Shown: positions 12,871 through 27,032, counted from the first letter of the stretch. The stretch is DNA of 64,000 nt from Felis catus (GCF_018350175.1 NC_058368.1:31870001-31934000), one strand, 5' to 3'. Program-made: numbers and translations. The notes: generated by a model from the letters alone, not told the origin.

Positions 12871-13199
12871 TATTGTAGGTTAAGCAAATAATTTTGACAT
12901 TTTTCCCAATATATCTGAAATGCAGTGATAATTCATAGAGGATGAATTAGGGAAAAATTAAAAAGTAGAAATTTCTGTTTTTAATATAAATAATTTGAAA
13001 AAATGCGTTAATAAATTAACCATATCCCTTTTCAAACTTCTTTTCTACAAACACCTATACGCATTATTTTTTCTGACAGGGACCTCACCTCCGCCTTGTC
13101 ATCTATACCACAAATACACGAGAAACACTAATCATTTTGAGAATTTCACTTATTCCTGAAATCACTGAGTCTTGCATTTTGCTTCCCATAAATGTTATT

Positions 13200-14200
13200 A
13201 TGAAAGTGCAACTAATTTATAGGCTGAAAAAATTAGATACAAAAGGGTTTTAATAAAAGGTGAACATCCTTCCTACTCCAGATCTCTGCTTCCATTCCTA
13301 ACCTTTAACTACAATCCATAATCTCTTTCCTATTCTGAAAGAAAATTGTTATTCCATTTGTAATTATTTGTCTCATATATTATTTATGTATCTACTGAAG
13401 ACAAATAGGTACCAAACATTTGGTTTATTTACTTTGCAATATTTCTTGGAGTACTTTCTTTCTTGGACTATAAACATCAATCACATTGTTTTCAATTGCT
13501 ATTTAGCAAATCTTATTGTGTTCAGTTGGTTGAGCGTCCGACTCTTGATTTGGCTCAGGTCATGATCCTGCGGTTGTCAGATTGAGTCCTATGGCAGACT
13601 CTGTGCTGAGCATGGAGCTTGCTTGGGATGTTTTCTCTCTTTCTCTCTCGCTCTTTCTCTCCCTCTTGCCCTCTCCTCCAACCGCATTCTCTCTCGCTCT
13701 CACTAAACATAAAAAAAAAATTAAAAAATACTATTATTTTAAAGATTCTATGTTGATGAATATAAAATTTTCTTTTATGATATTTTATAATAGTATAATT
13801 TATTCTGAAATGAACATACTAGTTAACTACCAATTCAGTGCATGCATTAATATAGCAGTGATATAAATATTTAGAAATGAAATTACTTAATTTTAGGAAA
13901 TAACACCAAGTTTACCTCAACAAGAGCTTAGACCAGTTTGCATTGCCATGAAGTCTTATGAAAATTACCTTGCCATTTCTCTACATTAAAACTTCGTAAC
14001 CTCTGCAATACAACATGTAGAAGAGATAAATCATTGTCATTTAACTTTGTGTTTATTTTTATGAATGAGGTGATAATTTTATAAGCCATTATAAGCTAGT
14101 CATCTATTTCCTATGAATAGCCTATTACTGCCATGTGTACATTTTCCATTGGAGTGTTGATTGCTTTACATATTTGTAAACATTTCTTAAGCATTAAATG
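13200..14200 (-). mobile_element. Old L1 3' fragments (interrupted by SINE)
   Basis: cagtttgcattgccat..., atttcctatgaatagcctatt...cattttccattgg. Confidence 0.45.
13521..13728 (+). mobile_element. Can-SINE, 5'-truncated
   Basis: tcagttggttgagcgtccgactcttgatttggctcaggtcatgatc, CT tract, A tail. Confidence 0.9.
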
Positions 14201-14631
14201 CATTTTCTATTTACCTTTCCAGTGTGCTATTAGCTATGATTTTTTAGCATAATTCTACATTAAAATTTTTCATTATAAATTTCATTGCATTATGGTAAGA
14301 GTATACAGAAATTCCTCAAATTTCTTGTATGAAAACTTTTAAACATGATAAAATAGTTTTCTTGAATTTTTTTAAATATTTTTTGTTTATCATAATATAT
14401 TGATGGTGTTTAGTGGGAGTTTTTGCAATGGAACTCTATTTTTCAGTTTTCTTTAAACCAACACATGAAATAAATATGTTTCTTTCTCCAGCTGGGTTAA
14501 GTATCCCTACTTGTGTGCTTCAACAGCATATTGTGCAAAAATCTTGTGTTAGGAAACTAACATTATAAAGACTCTTATTTTTCTCCAGTACTTTGTTCCC
14601 TACAATGTTCTGAAATAGAGAGGACAGACTT

Positions 14632-14850
14632 TAAAAAAATTTTTTTTAATATTCATTTATTTTTGAGGAAAACAGAGACAGAGGAAGAGCAGGGGAAGAG
14701 CAGAGATAGAGGGAGACACAGAACCCAAAGCAGGCTTCAGGCTCTGAGCTGTCAGCACAGAGCTTAACGTGGGGCTTTAACTCACAAACTGTGAGATCAC
14801 GACCTGAGCCGAAGTCAGACGCTTAACCGATTGAGCCACCCAGGTGCCCT
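14632..14850 (-). mobile_element. Can-SINE
   Basis: TSD gaggacagact on both sides. Confidence 0.95.
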
Positions 14851-14984
14851 GGAGGACAGACTGTTTTGACTCAAGAATTCTAGCTTTTATTTGACTTCAT
14901 GATATGTTCAGTTTCAAAGGAAATACAACACTGGTGTTAAAATTACACCAAAGTTATATTTGGAATAAGGATTAACATGCCCAC

Positions 14985-15395
14985 CCCCAAAGTCTCTGAC
15001 CTCATTCCCCAGATTTCTTTCCATTGTTCTCTTGGCTCCAGCCACTCCTGTCTTCTTGATTTTCCCCAAAAACGTGCCAAATTAACTCTCACTCTGGAGC
15101 ACCTGGTCTTAATGTTATCTCATGTTGCTTGTGTCCTCACTTCATTCAGGCCTCTGCTCAAACATTACCTCATCAGTGAAGTCTTCTCCAACAATCTTTC
15201 TTAAACAAGCATCCTTCAATCATTTTTTTAATCAATAATCCTGCTTTACTCATCATCACCAACATATAATTTCTTAAATGTGTGGTTGTTCCACTACAAC
15301 ATAAGCTCTACAAGAGTTTCACTTGCTTTGTAATCTTTTGCTTCCCCTAGATCAATGCCCACCCAATGAGTTGGTAACATGAATGAATCAATAAT
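14985..15395 (+). mobile_element. L2 3' region
   Basis: ctcacttcattcaggcctctgctcaaa...ataagctcta...atgaatgaat. Confidence 0.7.
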
Positions 15396-16690
15396 GCATC
15401 AGTGATAGAGGAGGGATGTTCAACAAATGCTAGTCGGTATCCCAAGCTAAATACTTCAGTACTTACATAAATGAATATTTAATTCTGGATGGAAAGTTTA
15501 TTACAGTCAAAATTATATTACCCAGATGGCATAGATAATTTAAAGCAATCAGAAATATTTTCAGTACCTCCTAATGCCTGGATAGAAAGCATCATAAAGT
15601 TCTGGAATCATAAGAGTAAATAAGGCACAGTTCCTATATTTAAGAAATTTGCAATATAAGGAAATAGATAAAAAATGTGAGTGTATATTCCAAACTGTGC
15701 TCATGCCTGACAGCAGTGTTTTTGAGGTCTGACGTTATGATTTCTTTTCATATTCAATTTCTGTTCCAAGTCTAGTATCAAGAAACCTTACATTGTTGAA
15801 TTATGCTTATTCCTTATTTGTTGGTATCCTTCTTATTTTTTGATATGGGGGGCTACACCTACCTTTAACCTCCCACCAAAGGCTATTTTCTCTGCCAAGT
15901 AATCTGCCTACGTAGAGGAAATTAAAATTCTTATTTCATGCCTACTACACCAGTTATTTCTGCCTACTTATATCCAGATTTCTTTAAATATAAAATAAGT
16001 AAGTTGTTGTTCTGAATGCTTGAATCTGGATATTTTTTTTTTACTCTCAGCCCTTGTTATTAGGCCAAATCTTTCAAAGTGCATTTTGGAAATAAGACGA
16101 AACATAGGGAACATTTTACTTTCCAAACTATCAGTTATTTGTTTATATTGAAATAAGTATAAAATTATCTCGTTTCCTCTCCAACTCACCCACCTTTAAG
16201 GGCAGCATTTATTATAATGCAAATTGATACTGTTGAGATATATCTTTTCATCTTTATGAAATGAAAATCATTAAGTATTCATTTTGTAAAATGCAGTATC
16301 TCTCTGCCAGTCGTTCAGGTAGTACCAGTGCTAGGCTACTAACACTGCTTTATTTACTGTAATTGAATTTCTCTAGAATAGCAAGCTGTTAGGACTATTA
16401 AGTACCCAATCAGAAACTTCCCATATGTCTCAATTAAAATGTGGCAGCTACACAGGATAGATAAACGTGCATGCCTTTAAGCCATATGAAACTCTTAAGA
16501 TTTTGCTGTCAAAAGAATGATTAAAAAATCTAACTCTTTATGAAAAATACGTATCTATATATTTTATTATTCCAAAATTTTCATGATTGTCTCATTTATC
16601 TTCGTGAAGTAAAGCCAATTCAAGACTAGTAGGGTTAGAGATCTATCTTTTATCAATTGTTCCCAGTGATTTTTAAAAGTTCTATATGTT

Positions 16691-16905
16691 GGGGGGGGGG
16701 CGCATGGGTGGCTCAGTCGGTTAAGCGTCTGACTCTTGATTTTGGTTGAGATCATAATGTCACAGTTCATGGGTTTGAGCCCTGCTTCGGGCTCTGTGCT
16801 GACAATGTGGAGCTGCTTGGGATTCTCTCTCCCTCTTTCTCTGCCCCTCCCCTGCTCACACATGCTCTCTCTCTTTCTCTCTCTCTCTGAAAATAAACAT
16901 TTTTT
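16691..16905 (+). mobile_element. Can-SINE
   Basis: Head, CT tract, tail; imperfect TSD aaag..tatatgttgg. Confidence 0.93.
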
Positions 16906-18595
16906 AAAGCTTTATATGTTGGAATTAAGTTATAATTATGACTCATTATAATAATATCAAGTATTAAATAGAAATTTTATGTGATATTTATCTGTTAGTT
17001 CTTAGAGTTTATTTGATTGTTTTAAGAATCAAAGCAGTTACCCTGTGCAGCAAATGTACTTTTCACTGTTTGATTTTTAGATTTTTAAAAATTACCTATC
17101 TTTCTATCAGCGTGTTAAATCTTTATTTTTATTTATTTTCTAATAAAACAGAATTTTCTGGTGAACAAAAACTGATTTGATATAGATTGGATATAAGTGT
17201 GAATGTGGGTGTCTATGTATATATGCACACACTCATTATTTATTTAGCCTTTTCATATATCTAATTTTCAAATAGATCTATTTACTTTTATTATGTGCAT
17301 GAATCTTTAATAGTTGCATGTAGAATGACTATGATCGATTTTTCTAACATTAAAATTTACATAAGAATTTGTTATGCTCTTTTTGAAAATCAAATCTGAC
17401 TGCCACATTTAGAGACCCAGTTGCTAGCGTATAATAAAAATACATTAAAATAAAATTCACAACCTTTAGTGGTCACAATCACTGTACACAAAATTAGAAT
17501 TTTTGGCAATTTTATTTGTGCAGGAACTAAGAAAATAGGCATTTAGAGACACTTGGTCGGAATGTGTCCATAGGGGCGTATTTTTGTTCAGTCTATAGAT
17601 TCATGTTGCAGAATTTAATCATAAATATCTCTAACCTAATGCATATTTAATCTGTGAAGTACTTGGCATGTGGTTGTACTTTTAAAATTCTAGGAATCTC
17701 AAAGTTACAAGAATATCAAAATATCTGTGTGGGAGAGTTTCTTGGTTCTGTATCTAGGCATTGCCTCATTTAGGAGTTTTATCCTCACCAGTAAGAACAG
17801 CAGATAACAGTCTATTATGTGATATGATGAAGAGAAAATCTCCTGTCTGTCATGGCACTTATTGCATTTTCTTTATGTTGTGTCCTTTAACCTTTTACAA
17901 TATTTTTTCCCCCTCAAACCTACCTTGAATTTGGAAAATGTACGTTTGTCAGGGATTATCCCATCTTGAAAACAAATGTATGCTTCCCCCAATAGTTCCT
18001 TGACCACTGTACTATTTTCTCCACCATTGTTGAAAACCCCAAATACTTTTTATTCCTTTTTGATTAGTTTATTAATACCAATTTAACATTACATGTTGAG
18101 ATATATGTCATACATTTATTTTAAAAATCCATTGTATACATGCTGTGTGCCAGTTTCTAAGGCACTGGGTAGTGTATGTTAGCAAATATGTAATTCCCCT
18201 GTGGAGTTTGCAGTAAAGTTAAGAGGGCAGGTAAGAAAGCAAATAGGTGAAGTACTGGAGACAAAAAGCAAGAAGAAGCAGTAGGTTATGTTATTTAGAC
18301 TGGCATCACTGTCTTTGAGGAGATGTTTCAATCAAAACCAGAGAGATCACAGTTATCAGCCTATGCAAAAAGCAAAAGAAATGCAGCTCCAGGCAGAAGG
18401 AATAGCATGAGTAAGAAGGTCTGGAAACAGGAAAGAATGCATTTACTATCTGCTTTTTACACTCAAATAGAATCTCAGTATGAGCAAGAACCACAAGGAT
18501 TCCATGCACCACTGACCTCAGCCTAGTGCCATTACCTATGAGGCAGTCAATAAATATTTGCTGAACGAATTTTAAATAAATTATTAAATACTTTA

Positions 18596-18810
18596 GGGGT
18601 GCCTGGATGGCTCAGTCGGTTAAGCATCTGACTCTTGGTTTCAGCTCAGGTCATGATCTCATGGTTTCGTGAGTTTGAGCCCCACATCAGACTCTGCGCT
18701 GACAGTGAGGAGCCTGTTTGGGATTCTCTGTCTCCTTCTCACTCTCTGCCCCTCCCCCACTTGCACTGTCTCTGTCTCTCTCAAAAGAAATAAATAAACT
18801 TAAAAAATTT
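18596..18810 (+). mobile_element. Can-SINE
   Basis: ggggtgcctggatggctcagtcgg head, CT tract, A tail. Confidence 0.93.
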
Positions 18811-19199
18811 TAAATGAATTATGAACTACTTAATGCTCATCAGCATAAAAACATTTGGGAAGAATAAACATTTTTAGAATTAGGAAGAAATATTTATATA
18901 AGGGCCATTGTTCTTTCTTTTAAAATTTTGCACCTTGAATTGAGTAAACTATGTTCTTAACTTCATCATAATTGTCGTATTGGTCTGTAAGATAACCTCT
19001 TGCATACTTGTATACTTATGGATGTATACTTACTAATTACATTTTTTACACCATTCTTCTTATAAGCAATCATTTTAATGTGTTGTGTCTCAGTATTACT
19101 TATGTTACTGCAAATTGGGTGTTATTCTTTTGAAATTAATTTTAATTTTCATGGATAGTGTGCTAATATAGGACTCATTCTGCTCTTTACAAGCTTAGT

Positions 19200-19680
19200 G
19201 TACATTTTAAACAGATCATTGAAGTATTGTTGATGTACGGTACACTGCTATATATTTGAACTGTACAATTGAATAAGCATATCATTTACCTCCCAAAGTT
19301 TTTCCTTATGTGCCACTGTCATCCATTAGTGACTATTCTGTTCTGCCATTCCTAGGCATTGATCTGCTTTCTGTCACAGTGGAGTAGTTTGCATTTTCTA
19401 GAACTTTCTTTAAATGGAATCACACAGTATGATGATTTGTATGATTGTATGAAGCCATTTGTTTGTGACTACTTTCATTCAACAAAATTATTTTGTACAC
19501 ATATCATTGTATGCATCTCTAGCCCATTCCTTCCATTGCTAATAACATTCAATAGGATGGATATACTGCAATTTGTTTATTCATTCCACTATTAGTGATC
19601 ACTTGAGTTATTTCCAGTTTTTGTTAATACAACTAAGTTTGTGTGTGTACAGATGCTTTTATTTTTCTTCAGTAATTTCT
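19200..19680 (-). mobile_element. L1 (L1MB/MC-like) 3' end
   Basis: gatctgctttctgtcac...tagtttgcattttctagaa...taaatggaatcacacagtatg; tttgtttattcattc. Confidence 0.75.
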
Positions 19681-20089
19681 GAAAACAAAATCCTGTTTCT
19701 CTTAACAACCTGTAATGTCTCTCTGTCTATACAAGGCCAGCCCATACCCAGAGCAGGTGCACGGCAAGGTAGAAGAGCACTGCCATTCTCTGCTTACCTC
19801 TATACAGTTTGCTTTGCTTCTTTTTGTAATTCAGTCCATCAAGATTTCCTTGGATCTAATGTTCTTTCCTAGTTGCATAAAAAAACCTATGATTTTTGTT
19901 TTGTTGTACTTTTGGTTACAACATGAAAGCAGGTGTCTTACACAATTGTAAAAGCATCTGGTCGTGGAGCTTTGAATGCAGTTTTAATTTCTTTAATACC
20001 TATTGGTCTATACAAATGTTTTATTGTTTCTTGTCCAAATTTTCAAATTGATTAATTTATGCAGGAAGTATCATGTTGAATGCTTCTTA

Positions 20090-21367
20090 TATGTGCAAAT
20101 TTTATTTACCAGGATTTAGTTATATAACACCAGTTCCCACAGTTCGAATTTCAGTTATGGCATATACTTGGTATATTAACTTCATGCATAAAGCATGAAC
20201 TTTGCTGCTTGCTCCTCAATTTATATATCATTGCATAAGTAATATGCATAATACTATTTGTGATCAATCATCACTTTTTTCCCCCAAATCTATTAGTGAC
20301 TGGTACATTTATTCATTTCTCAAACAGACAGCAAAATATGTGGTTGTGTTACCTTCTTGCCTTCCAGTGATAAACCCAAGTGACATTTTACAAAACAGAC
20401 ATTGAACAAAGGAGTTAATATGTATAAGTGCAGTAAAAACGTGGAAAATGATAGTGATAAAAGTGAAACTTAAATTGAATATAAATGGAATCATTCTAAA
20501 AGAAATCACTGACCTTGGGGATATTGATAGTGTCACTCTTCCAGAGATTAGAGATGCAGGCACAGGAATTTAATGAAAATTAAATTAATCTACATAAATG
20601 AGGAAAGTGATTGTGACAAAAAACATGAAGATGTCTTAGAAGTAGCACCATAGAAAACTTCCTATTAGCAGAACTCTCAGAGATATTCCACAACATTGAA
20701 AATGCAAAGGATGAGATGTTAGAATCTGATCCAAACTTACAAATGAACATAACAGGGACACCTGGGTGGCTCAGTGGGTTAAGTGTCTGACTTTGACTCA
20801 GGTCATGGTCTCGCGGTTCGAGAGTTCCAGCCCCATGTTGGGCTCCATGCTGACAGCTCAGAGCCTGGAGCCTGCTTCGGAATCTGTGTGTCTCTCTCTC
20901 TGTCTCCCTGCCCCTCCCCCTTTCGTGCTCTGTCTCTCCCTGTCTCTCAAAAATAAATAAACATTGAAAACAATTTTTTAAAAAATGAGCATAACAATTT
21001 GCCAAAGTAAGGAAAAAATGTTCTCCCACATTGTAAATTATTGAATGAGTATTAGAAGGTAATCAATGATCAAAGTTCCTGTCATAACTTTTTTTTTCTG
21101 TCATAACTTTTTACAAAGAAATAAAATACTTTATATCTCAATGTATTTTAAATTACAGTGAACTAAAATATAATAATTTTTCTATTTAAAAAATTTTCTG
21201 CATATTAATAATTGACCATAGAGAATTTTAAATTTTTTAATGATACTTTGAAAGGTCATAGAACTATGGTTAATTTCCCCCTGATTCCTCAGCTTGCTTT
21301 GCATGGTTTCAGCTTGCAGTCATTTTTATGGTCCTGCACTGTTATGTAAAGTGAGCACTGTCCCTGT
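20090..21367 (-). mobile_element. Tigger (Tigger13a-like) TcMar DNA transposon, interrupted by a SINE
   Basis: Reverse complement of 21250-21367 (cagtgcaggaccataaaaatgactgcaagctgaaaccatgcaaagcaag) resembles the recalled Tigger13a terminus; internal aaggatgagatgttagaatctgatccaaactt. Confidence 0.65.
20755..20982 (+). mobile_element. Can-SINE inserted in Tigger
   Basis: TSD aaatga(a/g)cataaca. Confidence 0.95.
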
Positions 21368-22197
21368 TTGTTCAACACAAAGTTATTTTTTTAAATCTCA
21401 GTTGTCTGTAGCTATTTTTTATTTTGTCTGTATTTCATTTCTTGCATGGTTTTATCCAATAATTATTTTCAGATCTCCACCTTTTTCTTTGTAAAGAATC
21501 AACTGCTAGTTTTGTTTATATTCTCTATTTTTCTTGTTTTCAATTTCCATTAGTTCGATTTTTTTATCATTTCTTTTTTCTTTTTCCCCCTATGAGTTTT
21601 AACTGTTATCTTTCTGACAATTTTTAGAATTATTCCTATAACTCATTTGCTTTCAGTTTTTATTTTTAATAAAACACCTATCAAAATGACTCTCATCTAG
21701 TAGAAGTTTAATGAGTACTTTGCATATTAATTAAATTATTAAATATTTCCATGCTCTTTGCCTATTCCTTCTTCTTTTTTAACTAAAGTGAGCGAAACCC
21801 CAAAGTTGGGGATCTTTATAAAGTCACAGTGAGTCTTAAGAAAAGTTAGGAAATATGTTTTATTAATGTCTGTGACACTGTGTAATATTAAGACAGTCAT
21901 ATCAATCTTTGGATCTTAGTTTTTGCAATTTAATCTAAATGACTTCGTAGTATAATCTCTCTACCTCTGAACTGACATGATTAGCTTTGGGTCAAAAACT
22001 GTGCTACATTATTTAACCACAAATAAATTTTTCATAGTTACATAGTAGTATTAATTCCTCTGAAACATATAAATGATTCCTTAGGTTTATTACTCTTTCA
22101 TTCTTGATGCTAATACATATATCAGCAATCTTTAATATTCTCTTAATGCCTACATATGTTAGGAAAATGCTTTAAAAATTAGAAGGACTCTCCATTT

Positions 22198-22565
22198 ACA
22201 GGTTTGCGGTCAGGAATTAGTGAAAAAAATAGAAACCATTTAAGGTATTTTCCACGAAAGAAATTCAATACAGGGGACTTAAAAGCATGGTACTATTCAC
22301 AAGTGAGGATGCTACTTCTGCTGCCATATTCACAGCAGCAGCTCTGCCTCGAGATGTCCGAAGAGCCTGCAATGCTGAGTCTGGATACTTCTAAATGCTC
22401 ACTTCTCATGGCCTTGTTACCAGCTGAAACAGCATCAAGGTGGCTCCCGCTCCACATCTGCCTTCTGAAAGTCAAAAACGTGAATTCACTTCATTTATTT
22501 CTAGAACCTTTGCTGCAACAGAGACTAAGAAATGTAGTTTTTATCTTCTCCATCGTCTCTAAATA
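22198..22565. mobile_element. Ancient MaLR LTR (MLT1N/O-like)
   Basis: atagaaaccatttaaggtatt...aattcaatacagggg...cctttgctgcaacagagactaagaaatgtagtttt. Confidence 0.5.
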
Positions 22566-24054
22566 GCAAAAACTGAAATGATGAGACTTAGTATATCTAG
22601 TACATAGTTATTTCTAACAAGGTTGTCAAACAGATGTCTTAGGTGGAGGTTTTATTTCATTATATATTGGCAATTTTTTTTAAAAATCCCAGTGGGCATC
22701 TCTTAAAACAACATCAACAACAGCAAAAAATGAAATAGGTCTGAAGGAGACTAAGGAAAAAACTGCCTCAGTGAATAGATTAACATATCAAATTTAAATA
22801 TATATATTCATATATGTATATTCATATATATATGAATTATACAGATCACTGTGCTTTTCAGGTGATTGACAGCCAGTGATTTTAAGCTCAAGTGTAATAC
22901 TTCATAGTGTTATGCACAAAACTCTAGTGGCTGGATGCAGCTCAGAATTTAGTACTTAGAGCTTGTATCAATAGAAATGTCACTGAAAGGATTTTTACTG
23001 GATCTTACTTTAACTCATCTAATATGATTAGAATTTGAAAGAGAAGATTTGTAATTTTCTCAACTAGATCAGTTATTTATAGTAGCGTATTTTTTTTTAA
23101 CACACACACAAAGCTTTAAACATAATCTGAATAATCAGTGGGCATTATGTTTTGGGTTTTGGAACTGGGAGCATAGCCAATTGGGGTGGAATTTTAATAA
23201 CTGCTTTGCTACTTTTACTGTTTACTTTAAGCAAATTTTTTCATAAAAAGAGCTGGATTGACAGTCTCAGAGATCAAAGTCCTCTTTTTATCAACTGAAC
23301 AGATAGAGCACAGGGAGTAAAAATTTCCCATCTGCCCAAACCACTGCTCTGGAGATTTTACCTATAAAGAATGAGAGGATTTTTCAAGCTTTTTGCTTTG
23401 TCTTTCTCTTGAGAGGATTCCTCATTCAGTGGCACTTACACAGGCAAAATGTTTTTTGAATTAACAATGCTACATAGATTTCATTTGCTTTAGGCATTCT
23501 TTCCACTACTACTTAACATATTATATTTGGAAATTATTTTAGAATCTACTGTATATTTTAAACTTAATATGTTTACAAGCTTGTATTGCCATTTTACTAA
23601 TTAATAAATTGAGTCAAGAAAATTAAGTTACTTCTCTAAAATCACAAGACAGATTAATAGCAGTGCTTGAGTAAATATAGATTCTGATCGTATAATGCAA
23701 CAATAAGCAAGAGAATTGACCATGGATTTGTAAGACCCTTGGCTTATAAACCACATTTAATTTGATCACCTAAACCACTATAATAAGAGCCCCACTGAAG
23801 GTGAATCAGAAACTTTCAAAAGTTCTAAGGAAACATGTTATATATTTTACATATATTATATTGTATTATTTAACAAACATGTGAAATGTCTGATGTTGTA
23901 ATTTTTTAGGAAGCACATCTCTGAAATTAGAATCTATCTTACCAACTGTTCCTTTGTCACATTTATTTGTTAGCATCTATTCTTTTTTGATGATAAGTAA
24001 AGCATCCCTTGCAACAAATGGTGTTTTAGATTAGATGAAATATAACAACTACTA

Positions 24055-24200
24055 TCTTTCTAGATGAGGGAAATGAAGATTAGAGAAAGGGAAGTTAAGG
24101 TTTTTTTCAGCAATTTTTGTAAATTACTAAATCATGTAACCTGAATCTAAATCCAGGCTAATGTAATTCTCAGACCCACCCCTTTAGAACTATGATGTTT
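24055..24200 (-). mobile_element. MIR fragment
   Basis: tagatgagggaaatgaagattagaga...tgaatctaaatccagg. Confidence 0.55.
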
Positions 24201-25599
24201 CAACACGGAGTACTGTAAGTAATAATAAATGCAAAGTAGAATGGGAGAAGCTCCAAAGATGTGTAATTATCTCACTAACATACTGTAGATGAAGTTGCCT
24301 GAGTCCAGGCAAACAGACCAAAATCTTAAATCTGAAATACCGGCAAAGTCTACACAATCATTAAAGGCATATGTGTTTTTGAAGAGATTTTCTCCATTGA
24401 TCAATGTATACTTGAGTCAGGGGTTTACCATTTAAAACTTCGCACTGATAATTTCAGGGTAAAAGGTTAGACTATGATTTTTCAGCATTTATGATATACA
24501 TAGTAATTATTATTCTGAAAAACAATTTAGGGATGATGGGTAAATGCTCTGCTAAGTCTTCTGTACTTGGCAGTGTTTCTGTATAATTTCAAAGACACCA
24601 TACTGAACAAGTCCCAGTCATAAAATAAGGGAGGATGGACGATAGTGAGCACAAGAGATGCAAGGCATCCTAAACTCTATACAATGAAAATACAATGAAA
24701 ATCAAATTTCAAATATGGTTATTTCTACTCTAAGGAATAATACTAAAAGAGGTAACGCATTGAATACGATGATACAAAGACATGAGAAGTCTGAGACTGC
24801 ACATATTTTATTGTTTGTAAAACTCAGATTCATTCTATCCCTGTCAGAAGAAGGTCATCATCTCCATGAAGGCAAGGGTAGTGTTATTTTAATTCCCACT
24901 GTGACTCTAATTCTTGCTGTAACTCAACCCCCAGCAGAATGCCTGTCACAGTTGTTGTTACTCAGTTTAGTTATCTAATGGACTAATTTATCTGGAAAGA
25001 TAATTTTGAAACTCCAATATTATGCATATAAAGTATGCAGGTTATAAAGTAACAGGTAACAAACATTTGCAGCATCCTTTGGAACAAACAACCCTCTTGA
25101 TGGCAGACAGTTTTAGGTGTCAGTCCCAGTGGCAATGAAAATACCTGTGGTTTATACCCATCGTTTAAATGTGAAGTTCTGTTGAGACAAAGGCATATCT
25201 AAATAAGTTCTTGTTCAACTAATGTTCATTGAGCTCCTAATAGGTGACAGGCACATTGCCAGGTTTTGTTGATACAGAACATATACTCTTACAGAGCACA
25301 CACATGTGCAGAGCAAATATAAAATTTACAATCTAATGGAGGATTAAACACTCTGTGTCTTTTTTTTTTTTTTGTTCTCTCCTGTTTGTGGATTGAATGT
25401 CAGGGGACCAAGATGGGGCTGTGCACCTGGTTTTTCTGGGTTTTTTTTTTTCCCCGCCTGTGAGGGGGGTACCTACACTTAGAGTGGTGCAGGACGGATT
25501 GGGCATGGAGTGCAGAGTTAAGGTGTTGGGAGGGAGCTAGGGGGCAGAAGGACATTCAAAGGGAGGGAGGCATAGGACATTGCCCAGTGGTCCTTTCTA

Positions 25600-26426
25600 G
25601 CAGGTGATCAGGAATGCTAAGTGGCGCTGAGGCTGGCGCAGACATGTGCACTCCCTTCCTCTCAAGTTCCCAAGAGCTTGCTCACAGTCAACCACGGTGT
25701 GGGTTGGCAATGTCCCAGAGAGGCTGACGCATTGCCACTCCTTGTCTTCCCTAACTCCTGTTGTAGGCCAAGGAGCCCGTACAGACGGGTGGAAGGGGGT
25801 GGGGTGGGGGTGGGGGCTATTCTTCCTTCCGTTGGGGCTTAGCCTGTGAACAGAACCTGGCTCAGACATGGCCTGCAGCAGTGCCATAAATAGTCACGTC
25901 GTTAGTTCCCAGTGCTTGGCGACTGAGGAACGTTGTTGGACCCAGGGCAGCATTGTGCGCGGGAAGCGGGCAAAGAGCCTCAGGCTCTGGCGGGGATGTG
26001 AGGCTGCTGAGGCCTCCCGCGGGAAGTCCTCCCTGGTCAGGCGGGAGGAAAATAGGAAGGGAGGGGACAGACAGAACCAATAGGGGTAGGTGGGCGGGGC
26101 GCCCTCTACTGGAAGCCCCTCCCTTCATCAGCTCCTCTGTTCCCCCTTCCGGCCCCCACCCTCAGCTGCCGTAAAGCTTAAAGCGAGGGGACTGGCTGGG
26201 ACTTCCCCGGCGTCCCTTGCGCGGCGGCGGCAGCCACGTGACTACTTCGCCAGGCCTCCTGGAGCTCCTCGCCGCTTGCCAACTCGCGTAGGGCTCCCCG
26301 GGAAGATGCCAGGGGTGGGGCTCTGTTGCGCGCCTGGAGCCTCACGTTCGGCTATCAGCTGCCATAGGTCAGGTGGCACAATGAACGTGCTGGAATACGA
26401 GGAAATTAACCCTACAAGTTAACCAG
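25600..26426 (+). promoter_or_regulatory. CpG-island promoter-like region with putative first-exon donor
   Basis: About 35 CpG counted by eye in 25861-26400 against a CpG-poor background; CCAAT 26077, GC box 26092, E2F-like gcgcgggaa 25957 and tcccgcggga 26015, GGGACTTCCC 26198, CACGTGAC 26235; donor CAG|GTAATG at 26426/26427. Confidence 0.6.
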
Positions 26427-26479
26427 GTAATGCTTTTTTGAGATAAAATTTTGCCTAGTGATTTTAAAGATAGGCTTCT

Positions 26480-27032
26480 GTTCCTGAAGCATGCTGAGAG
26501 ATATTTTCACTGGGTGTAGGATTCTGGGCTGACAATTCTCTGAGCACTTGAAAATTCTTGCGCCACTTCCTTTTGACTTCCATGTTTTCTTATGAATAAT
26601 AGCCACAGCATTTCTAATGGTTTTCCCCCTATAAGCAAGGTGATGACTTTCACCAGATTTTTTTTTTCCTTTTCTAGTTTTCTGCCTTGTTAGGCTGTAC
26701 TCTTCCTTGTTTGTTTTTTTGTTTGTTTGTTTTTGTTTTTGTTTCAACCTAGAGAGAGCAGGCCTGTGTTGCTTGTGTGTAGGTCTGTATTCGTTGTCAT
26801 TTGTGGGTTGTGGCTTCTTCGGCTCCTAGCTTTGCGTATGTGACACAGAAAGAAATCCCCCCAAACTCACAATCACATAGCTACTCTGTCTCAGGCTGCC
26901 TTGATGGTCTGCTTTATTCTTTCCACTTTCAAGAGTTGTTTTGTTGTGTTTTAGTATAATCACTGTTGTTCACAGTTGTATTTAGCAAGAGGGAGTAGTA
27001 AAAAGTATATCTACTTTACCATCCTAGAAGTG
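26480..27032 (-). mobile_element. Old L1 5' end and ORF1 fragment
   Basis: Minus ORF YRGKTIR...NCQPRILHPVKISL resembles L1 ORF1p YKGKPIRLTADFS...NFQPRISYPAKLSF; acttctaggatggt start motif near 27030. Confidence 0.75.

Noticed and set aside
26090..26422. 110-aa ORF in the CpG island
   Set aside because: Open frames are expected in GC-rich DNA; no recognisable protein; it stops before the splice donor
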